This document shows, one piece after another, positions 37,790 through 46,193 of a stretch of 51,188 nucleotides of DNA. This stretch comes from an uncultured Deferribacteres bacterium (lineage in GTDB: Bacteria; Zhuqueibacterota; Zhuqueibacteria; Zhuqueibacterales; Geothermadaptataceae): positions 1 through 51,188 of the forward strand of contig CAXHAT010000029.1 of the NCBI GenBank assembly GCA_964014485.1, in the 5' to 3' direction. A program made the position numbers and the translations under genes. Positions within the stretch are counted from its first letter, which is position 1. The number at the start of each line of letters is the position of its first letter. The notes below the pieces were generated by a model. That model did no database searches. It was not told the DNA's origin and saw nothing but the letters and a program-made list of their open reading frames with translations.

Positions 37790-37845
37790 TTACAGTTTAC
37801 AGTTTACAGTTTACAGTTTACAGTTTACAGTTTACAGTTTACAGC
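37790..37845. repeat. 7-bp tandem repeat (TTACAGT)x7 plus TTACAGC
   Basis: Read directly; ends 9 bp upstream of the ACAD start codon on the minus strand. Confidence 0.95.
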
Positions 37846-37862
37846 ACTAACACTCGCAGTCT

Positions 37863-38576
37863 TCAAACGTAAGTCCTCATCCCGTCCGTTTTCAAATGCG
37901 GAACTTGATTGTGCGCAAGCAAGGTGATGCGGTTTTGGGTGAACAGGAATTCCGAAAATGAAGCGTTGCGAATGACCCAACTTGTTTCCATCGTCTTGCC
38001 GTTTTCCAACCCAAGGACATAAGCCAACGTCGCGGCAATCGGTCCCGCCGAGGTAAAAACAGCGACGCGTTTTCCACGCTGGTGATCGTTCAACACGCGC
38101 TTTACGCCGCGTTCAACGCGAGCGCGAAAAGTTTGCCACGACTCGACGTCGTCATAACCGAGTTCGCCGCGCGACCACTCAAGCATGAATTTCTCAAAAA
38201 AGGTAAAATATTTTTTGCGGGTCTCAGCGCTCCAGCTTTTCACTGGTGCGGCAAATGAGCGATAGGCTTCATCGCGTTCGGTCAATTCCAACGCCGCGCG
38301 CCTGACGGCCTGAGGGCCGGAATGTTCTTCAAATTCATCCAGCAGGACGGCTTCCGGATATGAAACGCGCTTTTCTGAAAAAACTTCCTGGACGAGACTT
38401 TGGGTCTGCTTTTGCCGTTTCAGCGGCCCCGAATAGACGGCGTCGAATCGCATTTCAGCTTCGAGCATGTACTTTCCCAGCGCCGTCGCCTGCTTTTGTC
38501 CAAGCGAGGAAAGCTCGTCGTAATGATCTTTGTAAAAAGTCGCCTGCCCGTGGCGAATGAGTGTCAACGAACTCAT
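37863..38576 (-). CDS. Histidine phosphatase (phosphoglycerate mutase) family protein
   Basis: LIRHGQA, SGPLKRQKQT, VAVFTSAGPI. Confidence 0.92.
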   Translation of the reverse strand: MSSLTLIRHGQATFYKDHYDELSSLGQKQATALGKYMLEAEMRFDAVYSGPLKRQKQTQSLVQEVFSEKRVSYPEAVLLDEFEEHSGPQAVRRAALELTERDEAYRSFAAPVKSWSAETRKKYFTFFEKFMLEWSRGELGYDDVESWQTFRARVERGVKRVLNDHQRGKRVAVFTSAGPIAATLAYVLGLENGKTMETSWVIRNASFSEFLFTQNRITLLAHNQVPHLKTDGMRTYV

Positions 38577-38609
38577 GTTTCCGTCAATCCAATCGTGCGA
38601 ACTTCTGCG

Positions 38610-39368
38610 TTAAAGCGCGGTGATCCCGCCGTCTAAAACCAGGCAGTGCCCGGTGATAAATCCTGCTTCGGGCGAGCACAAATAAACGATCGCATCGGCG
38701 ATTTCTTGCGGTTCGCCCAGCCTGCCTACCGGTAAGCGCCTGGTGAGCATGGCTTCGGACTCCCGCATATTTTCCAATGCGTTTTCAACCATCGGCGTGC
38801 GGGTATAGCCGGGACAAACGGCGTTGATTCGTATGCTTTTCCGGGCGTACTCAATCGCAGCCGTCTTGGTCAGCCCGATGACGCCGTGCTTGCTGGCTGA
38901 ATAGCCCGCATTCTTGGGGTATGCGCCAAGTCCCGCGATAGAAGCCGTGTTTACAATTATTCCATCTCCCTGCTCCAGCATGCGCTCGATTTCGTACTTC
39001 ATACAATAAAAAACGCCGTTCAAATTGACGGCGATTTGGCGTTCCCAATCTTCAAAAGAATGCGTGTGAACCGGACGTTCCTCGCACACAATCCCGGCAT
39101 TATTAATCGCAATATCCAATTTCCCGAATCGGCGAACGGTTTCATCCACCATTCTTCGGACGCTGTCCGGTTTGCTGACGTCCGTCGCAAAAAACCGAGC
39201 ATCGCCGCCGTCTTTAACGATTTTATCGGCAAGCGCTTCGCCTGCTTCCGTTTGAACGTCGCAGATCATGACTTTCGCACGCTCTCGAATAAATCGCCGA
39301 ACCGTTTCAGCGCCGATGCCGGAGCTGCCGCCTGTGACGATCACGACTTTGTTTTTGAAAATTGGCAT
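38610..39368 (-). CDS. Short-chain dehydrogenase/reductase (start ATG 39368; ORF track 39407)
   Basis: VTGGSSGIG, NNAGI, YSASKHG, IRINAVCPG. Confidence 0.95.
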   Translation of the reverse strand: MPIFKNKVVIVTGGSSGIGAETVRRFIRERAKVMICDVQTEAGEALADKIVKDGGDARFFATDVSKPDSVRRMVDETVRRFGKLDIAINNAGIVCEERPVHTHSFEDWERQIAVNLNGVFYCMKYEIERMLEQGDGIIVNTASIAGLGAYPKNAGYSASKHGVIGLTKTAAIEYARKSIRINAVCPGYTRTPMVENALENMRESEAMLTRRLPVGRLGEPQEIADAIVYLCSPEAGFITGHCLVLDGGITAL

Positions 39369-39474
39369 TCTATTGGGGGGTATTTTGAAAAAGGCTGGGG
39401 TTGACAAACATCCTTAGTGAAGATGGATTGGTTTAAAAGCCCGGCAAAGTCTGTGGCCCTAACTTGAAAAAAAT

Positions 39475-39724
39475 ATATCGGAATTCGCGTAACCTTCGTC
39501 GTTTTCGATCTCGCTTTCAGCGGCAATGAATGGTTCTGAATTCGTCTCCCTACACTCCGACTCCTGTATCAATTCTGGTTCCCTCCTCCGCGAAACGCTT
39601 CCGCGCCTCTTCGTACGCAATGCTGGTCTCTTATTCGATTCCGTATGGCTCGGTTCCGTAGTCAGCTTCCACAATCAGTGATCAGATTCTTGTGCGTCGT
39701 CTCTCTCGAAACGAATTCCGATAT
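39475..39724. other. 250-bp intergenic element bounded by perfect 13-bp inverted repeats (MITE-like element or structured RNA)
   Basis: ATATCGGAATTCG at 39475-39487 and CGAATTCCGATAT at 39712-39724; interior strongly purine-skewed on the minus strand. Confidence 0.5.
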
Positions 39725-39726
39725 TT

Positions 39727-41478
39727 TTATGAAAAAGGATAACCCTCCGTTTCTAAAACCGTTTGCGCCAATGCGCGCGTCAAGCCAATCGTGTCGATTG
39801 GTTGCAATTTCGTCAGTTCTTGAACAAAAGCCAACTGCTGCGCCAACGCCTCGTCTTTTAGAAATCGCGAAAGCGCAGTTCGCGACCATTGCGCGATATT
39901 TTCAGCGGCGGCGCTCACATAAACGCGCACCGCAGCGATATGCGCATCGTCGCATTTCCCGGACAAATTGAGCTTTTGAGCGCGAAGAAGAGCGGACTCC
40001 GCAGCGTAAGTCTCCATAATAATGTCGGCGATTCTGCCAAGAACTTCCTGCTCTCGTTCCAAAGCGTTGCCAAACGCATTCGCCGCCGCACCCAAAACGA
40101 TCAGGGCGCAGCGTTTGAAATTCTTCACTCCGGCGCGTTCTGCGGCAAAAGCTCCCTCTTCCTTTGCGTTGTCGCCAAGTCCCGAAGCCGCCTCGCCGAT
40201 TGCATCGAAAAGCGGTAAATTTCCTTTCGCGGCGCTCTTCAAAAGCCTTCCCGGAACGAGCAGACGATTGATCTCGTTCGTGCCTTCAAAAAGTCGATTG
40301 ATTCGGCTGTCCCGGTAGATTTGCTCGATGACGTAATCCTGCGAGTAACCGTAACCGCCGTGCAATTGCACGCCTTCATCAGCGCAGAAATCCATCACTT
40401 CGGTGCCAAGCACCTTTGCCAGCGAGCACTCAAGCGCATATTCCTCAATCGCCGCCAATTTGTGCGCCTGGTCTTCGTTATCGCCAATCAGCGCGTCGAT
40501 GTAGCCAATTGTCCGATAAGTCGCGGATTCAAGCGCGAATGTACGCGCAGCCATTTCGCCGAGTTTTTCCTGAATCAATCCAAACGAAGCTATTGGCTGT
40601 TTGAATTGTTCGCGTTCCTTGGCGTATTTCGAGCAGATTTCCAAAATGATCTTGCAACTGCCCACGCCGCCCGCACCGAGCTTGAACCTGCCGACGTTGA
40701 GAATATTAAACGCGATCTTCGCACCGTCGCCGATTTCGCCAAGCAGATTTTCAACCGGAACCTCGACGTTTTCAAGCATCAATTGCGTCGTCGAAGAAGA
40801 TTTAATGCCCATCTTCTTCTCTTCCGCGCCGGACTTCACGCCGTGTGCACGCTCAACAATAAATGCGCTGAAATTTTTTCGTTCACCGTCAACTTTGGCG
40901 AAAATGATGAAAACATCGGCAAAGCCGCCGTTGGAAATCCACATTTTCGTGCCGTTCAAAATCCAGTGTTTGCCGTCTTCCGACAACACGGCTTGCGTTT
41001 TTGCGCCCATTGCGTCGGAGCCTGATTCCGGCTCAGTCAAAGCATAGGCGCCGATCAGATCGCAAGCAACCATCTTCGGCAAGTAGTGAGATTTCTGCTG
41101 CTCGTTGCCAAAATAAACAATCGGCAGCATCCCGATCGTCATATGCGCGCCTACGGAAACGCTGAAGCCCGCGGCGCGAGACATTTCTTCCGCAACGACC
41201 GTAGCGGCAAGTTTGGATAAAGATGAGCCGTCGTATTTCTCTTCAACCTCGATTCCGAAAATGCCAAGCTCGCCCAATTTCCGCAGCAACGCTTGCGACA
41301 GGCCCGGCTCCTGCTTTTCCAGACGCTCCATGTTCGGCACGATTTCATTCTGACAAAAATCGCGCGTCGTTTGACGAATCATCGCAATTTCATCGTCAAA
41401 CTCTTCCGGAATCAAAACATCGTTCGGCGCTGAGTCTTCAATTAAAAAAGCGCCGCCTTTTAAAAATTTGTTTTCCAT
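39727..41478 (-). CDS. Acyl-CoA dehydrogenase (long FadE/ACAD9-like form); start ATG 41478
   Basis: MENKFLKGGAFL, AYALTEPESGSDA, KMGIKSSST, ILNVGRFKLG, YRDSRINRLFEGTNEINRL. Confidence 0.93.
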   Translation of the reverse strand: MENKFLKGGAFLIEDSAPNDVLIPEEFDDEIAMIRQTTRDFCQNEIVPNMERLEKQEPGLSQALLRKLGELGIFGIEVEEKYDGSSLSKLAATVVAEEMSRAAGFSVSVGAHMTIGMLPIVYFGNEQQKSHYLPKMVACDLIGAYALTEPESGSDAMGAKTQAVLSEDGKHWILNGTKMWISNGGFADVFIIFAKVDGERKNFSAFIVERAHGVKSGAEEKKMGIKSSSTTQLMLENVEVPVENLLGEIGDGAKIAFNILNVGRFKLGAGGVGSCKIILEICSKYAKEREQFKQPIASFGLIQEKLGEMAARTFALESATYRTIGYIDALIGDNEDQAHKLAAIEEYALECSLAKVLGTEVMDFCADEGVQLHGGYGYSQDYVIEQIYRDSRINRLFEGTNEINRLLVPGRLLKSAAKGNLPLFDAIGEAASGLGDNAKEEGAFAAERAGVKNFKRCALIVLGAAANAFGNALEREQEVLGRIADIIMETYAAESALLRAQKLNLSGKCDDAHIAAVRVYVSAAAENIAQWSRTALSRFLKDEALAQQLAFVQELTKLQPIDTIGLTRALAQTVLETEGYPFS

Positions 41479-41498
41479 GAACCAGCTCACCCCCAAAA

Positions 41499-42188
41499 TC
41501 AAACAGTCGTCGTTTCGTTTTTCTCGATAATGTCTTTGGGAACGCCTAACGCCGCGAGTATCGTTCTCAAATGCTCGCAACTCAACTCATAGACGTTCGA
41601 ATTGTGAATATGCGCCGTCAGCAGAACGCCGAACCAAGCGCTTTCTAAAAGGCGCGCAATTTCTCTTGTCGTGAGCTTGGTGACCATTTCTTTCTTCTCG
41701 CGCGCTTCGTCGATATGCTGCTTAAACATCGTGTACAAGCTGGTCACTTCGATTTCGCTGACCCAGGGAATTTCCGGATAAAGCTGCGCTCGCTCGGCGT
41801 AACCCAGCGTCGTCTTTTTCGGTCTGCGGCGAATATTGGCGATTAAACTCACCACGCTCAACGCCAAGCCGCGCGACTGATTATATGTTTCTGCACCTTT
41901 CAAAAAAAGGTGGCGAATCGCTTGAACGCCGGACTTTGCGTTCAAGCGCTGCTCAACCATGCGTTGAAAGTTCCAGACTTCAAACGCATAAATCATCACG
42001 TCTTCTTTTTGGCTGAAATAATTAAACAGCGTGGCGCGGGAGATTTCAGCTTCCTCGGCGATTTGCTCCACATGAATATCACGAAACGTGCCGTCCTTCC
42101 CGATCAATCGCATGGCGCACTCGAGAATCTGTAGTCGGACTTTCGCGCTTTTCCTGTCTCGGAGGGGAATCTTCTCAGTCGCTTGCAT
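41499..42188 (-). CDS. TetR/AcrR-family regulator (start probably ATG 42188, MQATEK)
   Basis: HTH IHVEQIAEEAEISRATLFNYFSQKEDV. Confidence 0.92.
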   Translation of the reverse strand: MQATEKIPLRDRKSAKVRLQILECAMRLIGKDGTFRDIHVEQIAEEAEISRATLFNYFSQKEDVMIYAFEVWNFQRMVEQRLNAKSGVQAIRHLFLKGAETYNQSRGLALSVVSLIANIRRRPKKTTLGYAERAQLYPEIPWVSEIEVTSLYTMFKQHIDEAREKKEMVTKLTTREIARLLESAWFGVLLTAHIHNSNVYELSCEHLRTILAALGVPKDIIEKNETTTV

Positions 42189-42201
42189 CGTCGTCGCCAA
42201 A

Positions 42202-42274
42202 TTAGACTCTTGCTCAAATTTAGACCATCGTCCAAACTTTGATTCCAATCTAATTTTTTCAATTTAAATGTCAA
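42202..42274 (-). promoter_or_regulatory. Sigma-70 promoter (TTGACA-16-TAGATT) overlapped by three tandem pseudo-palindromic operators
   Basis: TTAGACTCTTGCTCAA (42202), TTAGACCATCGTCCAA (42220), TTTGATTCCAATCTAA (42238) at an 18-bp period; -35 at 42274-42269, -10 at 42252-42247. Confidence 0.75.
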
Positions 42275-42751
42275 GTTGTTTTTGTTAAGAACTGCAACAA
42301 ACTCACTCGCTCAGGTCAGATTCGCCCAACCCGGACAAGCTGGAACAAAGCAGTAGCGGGTATTCAACCTCGTGACTTCACGCGGAAATGCTAAGATCCA
42401 CAAACTTTGCAGAGTTTTAAAACGGTAATTTAGAGATATGTTCTGGGGTCTCACACTCTGGACATCTGGATCACTAAACTCAAAATTTTAAATTCTCTGC
42501 GTACTGGAAAGTCTTGCCAAGAATTGGTACAAAACGACTCAACAGACGCTAATTGGTCGCATCGCATTTTGTGGCGTTTTGAACGACAAGCAAAGAGCAG
42601 TTTGGACGATTTGGGAATTGCCCGCCGCGCTCTATCTTCATCCGCGTTTGAAAAAGACTTTTGATGACAAAACCGGAACGCGGCGCCGTCCTTAACGGCC
42701 CGCATTTTCCGGCGGTTACAAGAATGAAAGCGCGGCAGGAAATAGTTAAAA

Positions 42752-44107
42752 ATGTATTTGAGAACCAAAATGACGCTGGCGGCAACGTTCACCGTCATAA
42801 ATGCAATCATGTTTTCACCATTCGCTCAAGCAAACGAGAACCGGCGTTTCCCGACTCCGGTGATAACCGAAATCGAAGCAACCGGCTACATCAGTGCGAT
42901 GTGCCTGAACGTGCGGCAAGCGCCGGGCGTGCGCTCGGAAATCATCGCGCATTTATTTAAAGGCGACAACGTGGACATTATCGAAAGTCGAAGCCTGGGC
43001 GGCGCGCATCAGTGGCGGCGTGTAATGGACGCTTCCGGATTTGTGGAAGGCTGGGTTTACGGCAAGTACGTTTCCGGCGACGTCGTCAAATCAGACTTTG
43101 TTATTCCAGACGATTACAAAGAACCAAAGACGCCGTCGTTGATGGAAAATGTTTCCGCGAAATATGTCGGCGTTGCGGCCTGTCAAACGTGCCACGACAA
43201 GCCGCACGGCGGTTTTGCTCTCGGCGAATACGGCGTGTGGCGCGATCACTATCATGCCGACGCTTTTGAAACTTTGAAAAAAAGTTACACGAAAGCTTTC
43301 GCTAAAAAACGCGGCGTGGACGATCCGCTGACGGACTGGCGCTGCCGCAAGTGCCACGTCACCGCTTTGGGCGCACCGCCGGAACGATTGGCGGCGAGTT
43401 ACCGCGACGAAGACGGCGTTGGCTGTGAAGTGTGCCACGGGCCCGGCGGCGATTATTTAAACGACCATTGGCCCGGAACCGCAGGCTACGAAAAACGCGA
43501 GACGTTGGGTTTCCGCGTCCTGCGCGATATTGAAGAGCGCGACCAATTCTGCCGCTCTTGCCACAATCCGCTCAGCCCGACCTACAAGCCGTTCAACGTG
43601 GCGGCGTTCTCCGAAGCCATTCGCCATTGGCCGGAAGAAGATTTTCAAGCGTTCGCCGAAGCTAAAAACGCCGGCGTGCCCGAAGCGCAGCAGATTGCCC
43701 AAACGCCGCCGAAGCCTGTGCCGCAAAAAACGGTTCCGCCGCCAAAGCTTCCTGCTGCGAAAAAAGATGCGAAACCGGCGCCTGCGCCAACAAACGGCGG
43801 CGCTCGCTTGGCAGGCGCGCCCAAGGAAACGTTTCTCAATCGCAACGGCGCCAAGCGCGGCAAAGTCTTTTTCTCGCATTTTGCTCACTTCGACTATGTT
43901 GAGGCGGAAACCGAGGCCGAGAATTGCCTGGTGTGTCACCACACAACAAAGCCAAAAGCGCGCCCGGAAAATTGCGGCGTTTGCCACAAGGTTCAGCCGA
44001 CGGCTGCCGCGCCGAGTCGCGAGAAAGCCTTTCACAACACGTGCCGAGCCTGTCACAAAGAAATTGAAGCTGGGCCTAGAACGTGTACGCAGTGCCATGA
44101 ATTGTAG
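42752..44107 (+). CDS. Exported octaheme cytochrome c: SH3b domain + c554-like tetraheme + Pro-rich linker + class III (c3-like) tetraheme
   Basis: LNVRQAPG..IIAHLFKGDNV..GWVYGKYV SH3b; CQTCH, CRKCH, CEVCH, CRSCH; VFFSHFAH, CLVCHH, CGVCH, AFHNTCRACH, CTQCH. Confidence 0.9.
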   Translation: MYLRTKMTLAATFTVINAIMFSPFAQANENRRFPTPVITEIEATGYISAMCLNVRQAPGVRSEIIAHLFKGDNVDIIESRSLGGAHQWRRVMDASGFVEGWVYGKYVSGDVVKSDFVIPDDYKEPKTPSLMENVSAKYVGVAACQTCHDKPHGGFALGEYGVWRDHYHADAFETLKKSYTKAFAKKRGVDDPLTDWRCRKCHVTALGAPPERLAASYRDEDGVGCEVCHGPGGDYLNDHWPGTAGYEKRETLGFRVLRDIEERDQFCRSCHNPLSPTYKPFNVAAFSEAIRHWPEEDFQAFAEAKNAGVPEAQQIAQTPPKPVPQKTVPPPKLPAAKKDAKPAPAPTNGGARLAGAPKETFLNRNGAKRGKVFFSHFAHFDYVEAETEAENCLVCHHTTKPKARPENCGVCHKVQPTAAAPSREKAFHNTCRACHKEIEAGPRTCTQCHEL

Positions 44108-44130
44108 CGACGCGATGCATCGCGTCTATA
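44104..44130. repeat. GTAG-type REP-like palindrome
   Basis: GTAGC-GACGCGATGCATCGCGTC-TATA; perfect 18-bp palindrome at 44109-44126, with the GTAG overlapping the cytochrome stop codon. Confidence 0.7.
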
Positions 44131-44205
44131 GCTGCCGCTATGGCCGACGAAAATTGTAAAGAATCCGGAAAAATCAACATGCACAACAACGTGAGGAAAC
44201 CGGAA

Positions 44206-45783
44206 ATGTCGTTAAAATCAAAATTGCCAAAAACAGCCGCGGCGACGCTCCTTTTATGCAGCGCCGCCTTTTCGCAAGAAAACCAAATCGGCGGCCTTGA
44301 AAAAGCCGCCCTTTCGGAAGAACGGCAAGCGCCTGAAGTCTCCGAAACGCATGTGGAAGAAAAAGAAGCTTCAACGCCGACAGTCGTTTTGAAGCCCTGG
44401 CAACCGCAAGACCGTTGGCGCGTGTCGAAATACAGCGCGCGAAGCTTGAGAAATCGCTGGCGCGTACTCGATGCGACCGGCGTTCCGGTGCCGCGCCCTT
44501 CTATTTTCGATCCGTACAATCAGAATCCGCTGAAGGGCGACTTCCCGGTTTTGGGCCAAAACACGTTCATGGTTTTCACCGGCGTCGCCACCCCGGCGTC
44601 TGCATTTTCCTCGCAGAACAACGCGGCGATTCAGGCGAACAGTAATTTTGTCACGGCGCTGGAGTTTTTTCACGGCTCAACGGTATTCAAGCCGAAAGAT
44701 TGGAGTTTGAAAGCTTCGGCCAACGCCAAGCTGGATTTCATCGACGCCAACAAAAATCAAAACATTGATCTCCTGGAATTGTTTGGCGAAGTGAAGCTTT
44801 TCGACGTTGGCGACAATTTCGATTTCACTTCATTGCGCGCCGGAATTCAGGGCTTTGCCTCTGATTTCGACGGCTTTATTTTCAAGGACGTCAACCTGGG
44901 CGCGCAGCTTTTCGGCGAATTGCGTCAGAATCGGCATCAGTGGGCTCTGGCTTATTTCGACCGTCTCAACAAAGGCGGCTCCGTCGCTGACTTCAACCTG
45001 TTAGGCCAGCAAGTCTTTGCCGCCAGCCTGTTTTGGGAAGATATTTTCAAGCCTGGCTTCAAAACGGTTTTTTCGTTTCTTTATAATCGCGACCGCGCCG
45101 TTGACGAGAACAATCTCGATGTTTTCTATCTCGGCTTCGCCTCTGCCGGGAATTTTGGCCGCTTCGAATTCAATCCCACGTTCAATTTTGCGTTTGGAAC
45201 GGAAGGTTTTAATCCCATCGCCCAGAGCGAAACGACGGTCACTGCGTTCCTCGCCGGGATGGAGTTGGCGTATGTCAAAAACCACCGAAACTATCGCACC
45301 GCCGCCTTTGTCGCGTCCGGCGACGGCAACCCGAACGACGACCAAGCGACCGGTTTCGATAGCATTAACGACAACATCGCGCTGTTTGGGGCGGGCAACA
45401 GTTTCATTATTGGCGCAACGCAGTTTTTCACCAACGCCAACAGTTTTCTGCCTTCAAATCGCACGGAAGGAATTTCAAATTTCGTCAACCCGGGCATGGT
45501 TTTGCTCAATCTCGGCCTCGATCTCGTGTTGACGCCGAAAACGTTTTTCCAGTTCGACGCGAACAATTTTCGCTTTTTAAATACGTCGTCGCTGGAAAAC
45601 GTCGATGAAAGACAGGTGGGCAATGAAATCGTGGCGGCGCTGAATTACCGGGTTTTTCTGAATGAGAATTTCATTTTCCAACTCGGCGGCAGCGCGTTTT
45701 TTCCGGCGGCCGGCGGCGAACAGGTTTTGGGCGACGGGAGCACAGTTTTCACCGCCAAAGCGGCGCTGGTAACAGTGTTTTGA
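44206..45783 (+). CDS. Outer-membrane beta-barrel (porin of a putative porin-cytochrome complex); start ATG 44206, ORF track 44140
   Basis: GAGG RBS; signal peptide (AAATLLLCSAAFSQ); DPYNQNPLKGDFP motif; aromatic/Asn-rich beta strands; C-terminal ALVTVF; lies between two multiheme genes. Confidence 0.8.
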   Translation: MSLKSKLPKTAAATLLLCSAAFSQENQIGGLEKAALSEERQAPEVSETHVEEKEASTPTVVLKPWQPQDRWRVSKYSARSLRNRWRVLDATGVPVPRPSIFDPYNQNPLKGDFPVLGQNTFMVFTGVATPASAFSSQNNAAIQANSNFVTALEFFHGSTVFKPKDWSLKASANAKLDFIDANKNQNIDLLELFGEVKLFDVGDNFDFTSLRAGIQGFASDFDGFIFKDVNLGAQLFGELRQNRHQWALAYFDRLNKGGSVADFNLLGQQVFAASLFWEDIFKPGFKTVFSFLYNRDRAVDENNLDVFYLGFASAGNFGRFEFNPTFNFAFGTEGFNPIAQSETTVTAFLAGMELAYVKNHRNYRTAAFVASGDGNPNDDQATGFDSINDNIALFGAGNSFIIGATQFFTNANSFLPSNRTEGISNFVNPGMVLLNLGLDLVLTPKTFFQFDANNFRFLNTSSLENVDERQVGNEIVAALNYRVFLNENFIFQLGGSAFFPAAGGEQVLGDGSTVFTAKAALVTVF

Positions 45784-45797
45784 TGATTCAAGAAAAA

Positions 45798-45819
45798 GAG
45801 TCAAACGCTTCAGCGTTTG
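45798..45819. repeat. REP-like hairpin CAAACGCT-TC-AGCGTTTG, same family as 6504-6562
   Basis: GAGTCAAACGCTTCAGCGTT vs GAGTCTAACGCTTCAGCGTT (minus strand, 6542-6561). Confidence 0.65.
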
Positions 45820-45825
45820 TTGTAA

Positions 45826-46009
45826 AATCCCCTCCGAGGAGGGGACGATGACCGCAAAGTGCGCGGAGCGCGGCTTGGCGGTTATCCAGGGTGGGTTTCA
45901 CCGAGCGTTGGTCTAGAATTTCGAGTGTGAACGACGCGTAAACCCGCCCCTGACCGCTGCTCAACGGCTTCGCCGGTCGCAGCAGTCGTCCCCTCCCTGG
46001 AGGGGAATT
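45826..46009. repeat. REPIN/MITE-like element with TCCCCTCC..GGAGGGGA terminal hairpins
   Basis: TCCCCTCCGAGGAGGGGACGA (45828-45848) vs reverse complement of 45986-46006 TCCCCTCCAGGGAGGGGACGA (19/21); inner GGGTGGGTTT / AAACCCGCCC arms. Confidence 0.8.
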
Positions 46010-46014
46010 CTGAG

Positions 46015-46045
46015 TCTCGTGACAACGGTCTCCATTGTGACGAGA
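46015..46045. repeat. Short hairpin TCTCGTGACAA..TTGTGACGAGA
   Basis: 11-bp arms with one mismatch. Confidence 0.55.
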
Positions 46046-46065
46046 AGCACAAAACTGTTTTTCAC

Positions 46066-46136
46066 GTCATTCCCGCGCAGGCGGGAATCCAGAAAAACGT
46101 GCAAAGCCAATAGATTCCCGCCTGCGCGGGAATGAC
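46066..46136. repeat. dRS3/RPE-like palindromic repeat GTCATTCCCGCGCAGGCGGGAATC..GATTCCCGCCTGCGCGGGAATGAC
   Basis: Perfect 24-bp inverted repeat containing the ATTCCC-N8-GGGAAT core. Confidence 0.85.
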
Positions 46137-46193
46137 TAAATGAGCGCTCTGTATCTTGCGACTCGGTTTCTAACGATTTAAAAGAGAATACAG

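Noticed and set aside
39459..39724. 71-aa ORF, DGR template repeat (IGIR-like reading) or retron msr-msd
   Set aside because: No matching variable repeat and no reverse transcriptase in the window; the ORF has no family features. Kept only as an IR-bounded element
41479..41580. ORF-track N-terminal extension of the long ACAD
   Set aside because: Overlaps the tetR 3' end; family-like sequence begins at MENKFLKGG (41478)
42300..42400. SRP RNA-like words (TCAGGTC..GGAA..AGCAG)
   Set aside because: Spacing and helix-8 GNRA hairpin do not fit, and there is no long closing stem
42451..42960. ORFs in the tetR-cytochrome divergent spacer
   Set aside because: Overlap the cytochrome start or promoter region; no homology cues
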